Assembly (NCBI GenBank): GCA_045613785.1
Contig: JAZLBQ010000014.1
Span: 1-14,829, forward strand
DNA from: Candidatus Enterousia sp.
Lineage (GTDB): Bacteria; Pseudomonadota; Alphaproteobacteria; Rs-D84
Length of the DNA: 14,829 bases
Direction of reading: 5' to 3'
Below the pieces are notes generated by a model, which saw nothing but the letters and a program-made list of their open reading frames with translations, searched no databases and was not told where the DNA came from. Position numbers and translations under genes: made by a program. Of this stretch, positions 7,962 through 14,829 are shown in pieces (within the stretch, counting starts at the first letter, position 1; every line of letters begins with the position of its first letter).

Positions 7962-9653
7962 ATGTTTTTTAAACGGTTCTTGAAAAAAGATAATTTTGAA
8001 AATTATGATGATTATCTTCAAAATGCAGCTCCGGTTGTTCCAGATAACTTTAATTTTGCGTATGATGTGTTGGATGAGATTGCAAATGAAACACCAGACA
8101 AGGTTGCACTTCTGTGGGTAAATGATAGTGGTGAAAAGAAAAGTATTACGTTCAAAATGTTGTCGCAATGGTCAAATTCGGTGGCAAATTTTTTAAAGGA
8201 ACGTGGGTTAAAACGTGGTGATACTGTTTTGTTGTTTATGCGTCGCAGATGGGAATACTGGGTCTTGATGATGGCGATGCATAAATTAGGTGTGATTCCA
8301 ATCCCGTCAACAAATCAATTAAAGTTTAAGGATATTAAATACAGGCTGGCTAGTGCAGAAGTTGCAGCTGTTATCGCTTTTGATGATGGGGTGATTGTAA
8401 ATGAAATTAAAACCGCAATCGGTGAAAATGAAAATATACAGTTGATTGATTGTGCTGATGTTGAACGGGCTTGTTATGATTATCCAGCAGAATTAGAACG
8501 TGTGCCAAATGAAAATACCGATACGATGGTTGTCTATTTTACCAGTGGAACAACAGATATGCCGAAAATGGTGGCTCATAATTTTGCTTATCCGTTAGGG
8601 CATATAAATACAGCTGTTTTCTGGCAACGTTTACGTGATGGTGATATTCATTTTACGTTGTCAGAATCGGGTTGGGCAAAATGTTCGTGGGGTAAAATGT
8701 ATGGGCAGTGGTTGGCAGGGGCAACTGTCTTTGTGTTCGATTTTAGCCGGTTGTTTACTGCACACGATTTGTTGAGTGCGATTAGTGAAAATCATATTAC
8801 GTCTTTTTGTGCACCGCCAACGGCATACAAGATGATGATAAACACTGATATGAGTCGCTATGATTTAAGTTCTTTGAAAAAGGCAGATGTTGCAGGTGAG
8901 GCGTTAAATCCAGAAGTCTATGAAAGATTTCTTGCAAATACGGGTGTCAAACTGCGTGAGGGGTTCGGACAGACTGAAACTTGTGTAATGATTTTTACAA
9001 ATGAATGGCTTGAACCAAAACCAGGTGCAATGGGTATGCCGGCTGCGGGTTGGGACGTTCAGTTGTTAGATGAACGTGGACGACCGATTGTAGAACCAAA
9101 TGTGGTTGGTGAAATTTCTGTGATGGTTAAAGATGCAAAACCGTTGGGTTTGTTCCAGGGGTATCATAAAAATGAAAAGCAGACGGCGGCTGTCTATCGT
9201 GATGGAGTTTATCATACCGGTGATATGGCATATCGTGATGAAGACGGATATTTCTGGTTCGTGGGACGTAATGACGACTTGATTAAGACCAGTGGTTATC
9301 GTGTTAGTCCGTTTGAAGTCGAATCGGTTTTGTTAGAACATCCAGCTGTTCGTGAAGTGGCTGTTACAGGTGTTCCAGATGCCGCACGTGGTCAGGCAGT
9401 AAAGGCAACGATTGTTTTGAATAAATATTTTCAGCAAACAGATGCCTTGGTTCGTCAATTGCAGGATCATGCCCGCTTAAAGGCGGCACATTATAAGTGT
9501 CCACGTGTTATAGAGTTTGTCGAAACGTTGCCTATGACAATCAGTGGCAAGATACGTCGTGCATTGATTAGAACATTGGATAGTGCCAAGGAATCTATTG
9601 TTGATCCAATTAAAAATACGATTGGTTTGGGTAAAGAAGAAGAGGATAAATAA
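7962..9653 (+). CDS. AMP-forming short/medium-chain acyl-CoA synthetase (ANL superfamily, MACS-like)
   Basis: YFTSGTTDMPK P-loop, EGFGQTET, YHTGD, GRNDDLIKTSGYRVSPFEVES, TISGKIRR; SD AAGGA. Confidence 0.93.
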   Translation: MFFKRFLKKDNFENYDDYLQNAAPVVPDNFNFAYDVLDEIANETPDKVALLWVNDSGEKKSITFKMLSQWSNSVANFLKERGLKRGDTVLLFMRRRWEYWVLMMAMHKLGVIPIPSTNQLKFKDIKYRLASAEVAAVIAFDDGVIVNEIKTAIGENENIQLIDCADVERACYDYPAELERVPNENTDTMVVYFTSGTTDMPKMVAHNFAYPLGHINTAVFWQRLRDGDIHFTLSESGWAKCSWGKMYGQWLAGATVFVFDFSRLFTAHDLLSAISENHITSFCAPPTAYKMMINTDMSRYDLSSLKKADVAGEALNPEVYERFLANTGVKLREGFGQTETCVMIFTNEWLEPKPGAMGMPAAGWDVQLLDERGRPIVEPNVVGEISVMVKDAKPLGLFQGYHKNEKQTAAVYRDGVYHTGDMAYRDEDGYFWFVGRNDDLIKTSGYRVSPFEVESVLLEHPAVREVAVTGVPDAARGQAVKATIVLNKYFQQTDALVRQLQDHARLKAAHYKCPRVIEFVETLPMTISGKIRRALIRTLDSAKESIVDPIKNTIGLGKEEEDK

Positions 9654-9654
9654 T

Positions 9655-9678
9655 AAATGCCCCATTTGGGGCATTTTT
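9655..9678 (+). terminator. Intrinsic terminator
   Basis: AAATGCCCC-ATTT-GGGGCATTTTT. Confidence 0.88.
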
Positions 9679-9733
9679 AGTTTTGTAATCTTGTCGTTGA
9701 AAATAATTTTTATTTTGTAATAATTTATTGGCT

Positions 9734-10744
9734 ATGCCAAGACGAAGAAAATTTTTCCCAAAACGTATTTTAATGCAAATTGTAATTGCACCTTGTGTTA
9801 TCGTGGTGTGTGCGCTGGTGTATATGTTCGGTGTTCATACTGTGGTAAAGCAACCCGTTGTCTTTGATATTGTTGCGGGGGATACAGTGTCAGGGGTGGC
9901 ACAAAGATTGTTGAAAAATAATTTAATCGATTCGGAACAAGTTTTTAAAATGGCCGTTCGATTAAATGGTGGTAAAATTCAAAGTGGGCAATATGATATT
10001 CCGGTCGCCGCCAGCAGTTGGCGAATCGCTGATATGTTCGCAAATGGACGGGTTGCGTCAACGACTGTTGTAATTCCAGAAGGTTTGACTGTTAAACAAA
10101 TAAAGCAACTGTTGTTGCGGTCTTCAGCCTTGACTGGGGCGGTTGAGTGTAAATCCGGTAATGATGCACCTGTTTGTAATTTGCGTGATGGACAAATCTT
10201 TCCAGATACATACACTGTTGCACGTGGGACGAATCGTTTGGCGTTGCTGGATTTAGCACGGAAAAGAATGGTTGATATAGAACATGTGCTGGCTAGGACT
10301 GTTAAAAGATTGCCAAAACCACTGAAAAATTGGAACGAGGTTTTGACGTTGGCTTCGATTGTTCAAAAAGAAACGCCTCGTGCCGAAGAAATGCCAATTG
10401 TAGCCAGTGTTTATTTAAATCGATTGAATAAAGGTATGCGTTTGCAAGCCGATCCAACAGTGGTCTATGTTTTGACAGATGGTTTGGGGGATATGCAGGG
10501 GCAACCATTGTTGCGGGGGCATTTGAAAATCGAAAGTCCATATAATACTTACAGAAATGGTGGATTGCCACCAGCACCAATCGCAAATGTTGGACAGGCG
10601 GCGATTCGGGCGGTCTTGATGCCGGCGGATACAAATTATTTCTTTTTTGTCGCAGATGGCAAAGGTGGTCATAAGTTTGCCAAGGACTATGAAGAACATC
10701 AAAAAAATCACGCTAATTGGCGTAAGATTAAAAGTAAATTATAA
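9734..10744 (+). CDS. mltG: Endolytic transglycosylase MltG (YceG family)
   Basis: Basic N-terminus plus one TM helix; IPEG, FPDTY, LASIVQKET, NRLNKGMRLQADPTV, SPYNTY, GLPPAPIAN. Start is ATG 9734 or TTG 9728. Confidence 0.95.
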   Translation: MPRRRKFFPKRILMQIVIAPCVIVVCALVYMFGVHTVVKQPVVFDIVAGDTVSGVAQRLLKNNLIDSEQVFKMAVRLNGGKIQSGQYDIPVAASSWRIADMFANGRVASTTVVIPEGLTVKQIKQLLLRSSALTGAVECKSGNDAPVCNLRDGQIFPDTYTVARGTNRLALLDLARKRMVDIEHVLARTVKRLPKPLKNWNEVLTLASIVQKETPRAEEMPIVASVYLNRLNKGMRLQADPTVVYVLTDGLGDMQGQPLLRGHLKIESPYNTYRNGGLPPAPIANVGQAAIRAVLMPADTNYFFFVADGKGGHKFAKDYEEHQKNHANWRKIKSKL

Positions 10745-10775
10745 AAAAATTCTTTCTTTCCTTAGTGGGGGGGGT

Positions 10776-10824
10776 GGAACGTGATTACGTTCCTGTTTAT
10801 ATATTTGTTTATGACTTCTAGAAT
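10776..10824 (+). promoter_or_regulatory. Inverted repeat plus putative promoter of the outer-membrane protein gene
   Basis: GGAACGT-GATT-ACGTTCC (10776-10793; operator or mltG terminator), then TTTATA(10796-10801)-17 nt-TAGAAT(10819-10824). Confidence 0.5.
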
Positions 10825-10847
10825 AGTAGTGCGAAAGGAGAGAAGTT

Positions 10848-11600
10848 ATGAAAAAAGTTTCTTGTTTAGTTGTTGGGCTGCTGTTGTTTGGAGTTAGTAG
10901 GGCAAATGCAACCAATGTTATTGATGGAAATCTATTTTATAATCCAAAGCAGGGGCATTTTTATGATGTTTTTACGCCTGTTGGTATAAATACAAAATTT
11001 GAACGCTTTGTTATGACGAATGAATTGGGCTATGGTGTCTCAGATGCGTTCTCTGTTCGGGTTGTAACATCTGGGTCGTATGATTCGTCGGATAATCCTG
11101 AATTTGGTAAGTGGTCATGGAATGATTTGAATTTTGGCTTTGATTGGGATTTGTGGCACCAAGGTGAAAGAGTCGCCGAAGTCTATGGAGATGTAAAACA
11201 AATTTATAATACCAAACATAATTTGCAAACTGTGGCGTATAATTGGAGCTTGGGGGCAAGAGTAGGGCGTTTGGCAGATAATTGGGCAATGGCAGGAATT
11301 GTTCAGGTGGACTATCTGAACGATGATTTGCCAGAAGATACATTTGACGCATGGGCAATGACCGTTGGTATGCAGGGGCAGTATATTTTGAACAATAGGT
11401 GGAACTTGGTTGCTGGCTTGATGTTTGATTTTGACTTGTTTGATAAATATTATGACGGAGAACAACTAAGATTAGAGTTTGGAGCAAACTATAATTTTGA
11501 TGCGACAAAATATATAGGCTTTGCTGTGAATAAAGATGTTGTTCATAGTTTTGAGGATGCACCATTATGGTTTAATGTTAAATTTGGTATAGATTTTTGA
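10848..11600 (+). CDS. Putative outer-membrane beta-barrel protein
   Basis: Signal peptide ending ANA; alternating aromatic/Gly strands; C-terminal beta-signal WFNVKFGIDF; SD AAGGAG. Confidence 0.85.
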   Translation: MKKVSCLVVGLLLFGVSRANATNVIDGNLFYNPKQGHFYDVFTPVGINTKFERFVMTNELGYGVSDAFSVRVVTSGSYDSSDNPEFGKWSWNDLNFGFDWDLWHQGERVAEVYGDVKQIYNTKHNLQTVAYNWSLGARVGRLADNWAMAGIVQVDYLNDDLPEDTFDAWAMTVGMQGQYILNNRWNLVAGLMFDFDLFDKYYDGEQLRLEFGANYNFDATKYIGFAVNKDVVHSFEDAPLWFNVKFGIDF

Positions 11601-11606
11601 TTAAAC

Positions 11607-11628
11607 GCCCGTTGTGTGACGGGCTTTT
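11607..11628 (+). terminator. Intrinsic terminator
   Basis: GCCCGTT-GTGT-GACGGGC-TTTT. Confidence 0.8.
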
Positions 11629-11735
11629 GTTTTGTTTGGGACAAAGTGAAAATTTGTCATTCTTGTAAAAGTTCTAAATTCCTAATTTTTCGGGCTTTTC
11701 AAGCGGATTTCTTATGTTTTTTTCCTAGATTTTTC

Positions 11736-11764
11736 TTGACAATTTGGGGGTGTGTGATTATAGT
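11736..11764 (+). promoter_or_regulatory. str operon promoter
   Basis: TTGACA-17 nt-TATAGT. Confidence 0.85.
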
Positions 11765-11770
11765 ATGTTC

Positions 11771-11878
11771 GCTTTCTGTGTAATTATGGAAAGCAGAGAG
11801 GACATGAAAACCGCTTTGGAATGCAGATTTATAATCCGGCTAAGTCGTTGAAATAAGTCTGAATAAGCGGGTTTTGTG
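11771..11878 (+). ncRNA. Candidate structured rpsL leader RNA
   Basis: Hairpin at 11771-11794 and long stem 11803-11816/11865-11878 with inner helix 11824-11832/11853-11861. Confidence 0.5.
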
Positions 11879-11915
11879 CAGAGTAAAATAGGTAAAAGAA
11901 ACAAAGAGATTTTGA

Positions 11916-12287
11916 ATGCCAACAGTAAACCAACTGATTCGGAAGCCTCGTAAAAAAGTTGCAGTGAAAAGCACTGCTCCTGACATGATGGAAAACCCAC
12001 AGAAACGTGGTGTTTGCACACGTGTTTATACGACAACACCGAAAAAACCTAACTCGGCGCAGCGTAAGGTTGCCCGTGTAAAACTGGCAAACGGCCGTGA
12101 AGTAACAGCATATATCCCTGGTGAAGGTCATAACTTGCAGGAACACAGTGTTGTTATGATTCGTGGCGGTCGTGTAAAGGACTTGCCTGGTGTAAAGTAT
12201 CATATCATCCGTGGCGTATTGGATACCAAGGGTGTTGATGCACGTAAACAGGGTCGTTCTTTGTATGGTGCCAAAACAAAGAAATAA
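11916..12287 (+). CDS. rpsL: 30S ribosomal protein S12
   Basis: [40 protein letters not shown]. Confidence 0.99.
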   Translation: MPTVNQLIRKPRKKVAVKSTAPDMMENPQKRGVCTRVYTTTPKKPNSAQRKVARVKLANGREVTAYIPGEGHNLQEHSVVMIRGGRVKDLPGVKYHIIRGVLDTKGVDARKQGRSLYGAKTKK

Positions 12288-12367
12288 TTATGTTTAACCA
12301 CACATATGTAATGTATGTGAGTAATCTGGAAAATAAAACCAGATGAAGTGATAAAAGGAAAATAAAT

Positions 12368-12844
12368 ATGTCAAGACGTAAAGCTGCGACAAAACGTGAA
12401 ATATTGCCAGATTCCAAATACGGTAATTTGGTTGTTGCAAAATGTATTAATGTTGTTATGTGGGACGGCAAAAAAGAAGTTGCTGAAAACATTGTATATG
12501 GTGCATTGGATAAATTGAAGACATTGGCCAAAGATGGTAAAGATGAATTGACCTTGTTCTTGGAAGCGGTCGATGCATTAAAGCCTTCTGTTGAAGTAAA
12601 AGGTCGTCGTGTAGGTGGTGCAACATACCAGGTGCCTGTCGAAGTTCGACCAGCACGTCAGCAGACAATGGCGTTGCGTTGGTTGGTTGGTTTCGCACGT
12701 AAACGTGGTGAACGCAGCATGGAAGACAGACTGTTTGGCGAATTGCGTGATGCACTGAATAGTCAGGGTGGTGCATTCAAAAAGAAAATTGATACCCATA
12801 AGATGGCAGAAGCGAACAAAGCATTTGCTCACTTCCGCTGGTAA
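12368..12844 (+). CDS. rpsG: 30S ribosomal protein S7
   Basis: [14 protein letters not shown]; C-terminal [15 protein letters not shown]. Confidence 0.99.
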   Translation: MSRRKAATKREILPDSKYGNLVVAKCINVVMWDGKKEVAENIVYGALDKLKTLAKDGKDELTLFLEAVDALKPSVEVKGRRVGGATYQVPVEVRPARQQTMALRWLVGFARKRGERSMEDRLFGELRDALNSQGGAFKKKIDTHKMAEANKAFAHFRW

Positions 12845-12871
12845 TAAATACAAAGGCAAAGGAAAGATACA

Positions 12872-14829
12872 ATGTCAGTCGGAAAAACCGCACCTTTACA
12901 TATGTACCGCAATATCGGCATTATGGCCCATATTGATGCGGGTAAAACAACTACTTCGGAACGTATCTTGTTCTATACGGGTAAGACTTATAAAATCGGT
13001 GAAGTGCACGATGGTGGTGCAACGATGGACTGGATGGCCCAGGAACAGGAACGTGGAATTACAATTACGTCAGCGGCAACTACATGCTTTTGGCGTGACC
13101 ATCGTATCAACTTGATTGATACCCCAGGACACGTGGACTTTACAATGGAAGTAGAACGTTCTTTGCGTGTTTTGGACGGTGCGGTTGCCGTATTTGAATC
13201 TGTATCTGGCGTGCAGCCACAGACAGAAACTGTATGGCGTCAGGCTGACCGTTATGCTGTTCCACGTATTTGCTTTATCAATAAAATGGATCGTATCGGT
13301 GGTAATTTCTTCCGCTGTGTTGATATGATTCGTGAACGTTTGGGGGCAAATCCATTGGTCGTCAATTTCCCAATCGGTGCAGAATCTGATTTCCGTGGTG
13401 TAGTTGACGTTATCGAAATGCGTGCAATTGTCTGGGAAGACGATATGGGTAAAGAACCACGTATCACAGAAATTCCAGAAGAATTGAAAGAAAAAGCCCA
13501 GGAACTGCATGAAAAGTTGATTGAAGAAGTTGTTACCTTGGACGATGAAATTATGGAAGCTTATATGGAAGGCAATGTTCCAGATACAGCAACTATTAAA
13601 AAGTTGATCCGCAAGGGAACAATCAATCAGAACTTTAACCCAGTTTTGTGCGGAACAGCATTTAAGAACAAGGGTGTTCAGCCATTGTTAGATGCGATTG
13701 TTGACTATTTGCCAAGCCCATTGGATATTCCTGCAATTCAGGGAACAAAGATGGACGGCGAAACAGCTGACTCTCGTAAGCCAGACGCAAAAGAACCTTT
13801 TAGTGCCTTGGCGTTTAAGGTTGCAAATGACCCATTTGTTGGTAACTTGATGTTTATCCGTATCTATTCTGGTAAATTGGTATCGGGTTCATATATTTAT
13901 AATTCTAACCGTGATAAACGTGAACGTGTTGGACGTATGTTGTTGATGCACTCAAATAACCGTGAAGAAATCAAAGAAGCGTCAGCAGGTGATATTATCA
14001 CTTTGGTTGGTATGAAGGAAACAATTACTGGTGATACATTATGCGATGAATCAAATCCAATCTTGTTGGAATCAATTCACGTTCCAGAGCCAGTTATGAG
14101 TATCGCAGTTGAACCAAAAACAAAGGCAGATATTGAAAAAATGTCTTTGGGTCTGCAAGCGTTGGCCAAAGAAGATCCTTCGTTCCGTGTTTCTGTTGAC
14201 GAAGAATCAGGTCAGACGATTTTGTCAGGTGTTGGTGAATTGCACTTGGAAATTTTGGTTGATCGTTTGTTGCGTGAATTTAAGGTTGATGTTAACGTTG
14301 GTGAACCACGTATTGCATACCGTGAAACATTCCGCAAACCTATCACCGAAGAATATACACACAAAAAACAGTCTGGTGGTTCGGGTCAGTATGCCCAGGT
14401 TAAAATCGAATTTGAACCATTAGAACCAGGTAAGGGTTATGAATTCGAAAACAAGATTGTTGGTGGTGCGATTCCAAAAGAATACATCCCAGGTGTGGAA
14501 AAAGGTTTGAAGATAGCACAACAGACAGGTGTTCTGATTGGCTATCCAACAGTGGATTTCAAGGCTACATTGGTAGATGGTAAGTATCATGAAGTTGACT
14601 CTAATGTATTATGCTTTGAAATTGCGGCACGTGCCTGCTTCCGTGAAGCGATGAAGAAGGCTGCGCCAAAATTGCTGGAACCGATTATGAAGCTTTCGGT
14701 TAATACACCGGAAGAATACGTCGGTGACATCATTGGGGACTTGAACAGTCGTCGTGGACAAATCAATGGTATCGAAACTCAGTTCGGTAATCAGTTGATT
14801 TCAGCATATGTTCCATTGGCAAATCTGTT
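12872..14829 (+). CDS. fusA: Elongation factor G (3' truncated by window end)
   Basis: Manual translation from ATG 12872: [73 protein letters not shown]; frame stays open to the window end. Confidence 0.99.
   Translation, partial: MSVGKTAPLHMYRNIGIMAHIDAGKTTTSERILFYTGKTYKIGEVHDGGATMDWMAQEQERGITITSAATTCFWRDHRINLIDTPGHVDFTMEVERSLRVLDGAVAVFESVSGVQPQTETVWRQADRYAVPRICFINKMDRIGGNFFRCVDMIRERLGANPLVVNFPIGAESDFRGVVDVIEMRAIVWEDDMGKEPRITEIPEELKEKAQELHEKLIEEVVTLDDEIMEAYMEGNVPDTATIKKLIRKGTINQNFNPVLCGTAFKNKGVQPLLDAIVDYLPSPLDIPAIQGTKMDGETADSRKPDAKEPFSALAFKVANDPFVGNLMFIRIYSGKLVSGSYIYNSNRDKRERVGRMLLMHSNNREEIKEASAGDIITLVGMKETITGDTLCDESNPILLESIHVPEPVMSIAVEPKTKADIEKMSLGLQALAKEDPSFRVSVDEESGQTILSGVGELHLEILVDRLLREFKVDVNVGEPRIAYRETFRKPITEEYTHKKQSGGSGQYAQVKIEFEPLEPGKGYEFENKIVGGAIPKEYIPGVEKGLKIAQQTGVLIGYPTVDFKATLVDGKYHEVDSNVLCFEIAARACFREAMKKAAPKLLEPIMKLSVNTPEEYVGDIIGDLNSRRGQINGIETQFGNQLISAYVPLANL

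Noticed and set aside
10777-10792. LexA box
   Set aside because: GAAC-N8-GTTC fits neither the alphaproteobacterial GTTC-N7-GTTC nor the Firmicutes GAAC-N4-GTTC

Overview
AT-rich bacterial chromosomal window of mostly housekeeping genes, nearly all on the + strand. The proteins look alphaproteobacterial, and the broken-up operons suggest a rearranged, possibly reduced host-associated lineage (inference). Order: 3' end of a fibre-like protein gene, a ~490 bp unexplained T-rich spacer, YqaA/DedA-family gene (-), rbfA, GNAT acetyltransferase, lepA, Cys-rich orphan, integrase-like gene, acpP, fabF, orphan, tRNA-Pro(CGG), acyl-CoA synthetase, mltG, outer-membrane beta-barrel, rpsL, rpsG and fusA (truncated; missing from the ORF track). 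The most notable item is an intact P4-type tyrosine-recombinase gene that keeps its DNA-binding domains but appears to have lost the catalytic residues and has no element around it, so it may be a domesticated DNA-binding protein. Also notable: a symmetric bidirectional promoter between yqaA and rbfA, structured RNA candidates in the rpsL leader and rpsL-rpsG spacer, a repeated terminator family, and an insertion splitting fabF from mltG. All calls are by eye; no searches were run.
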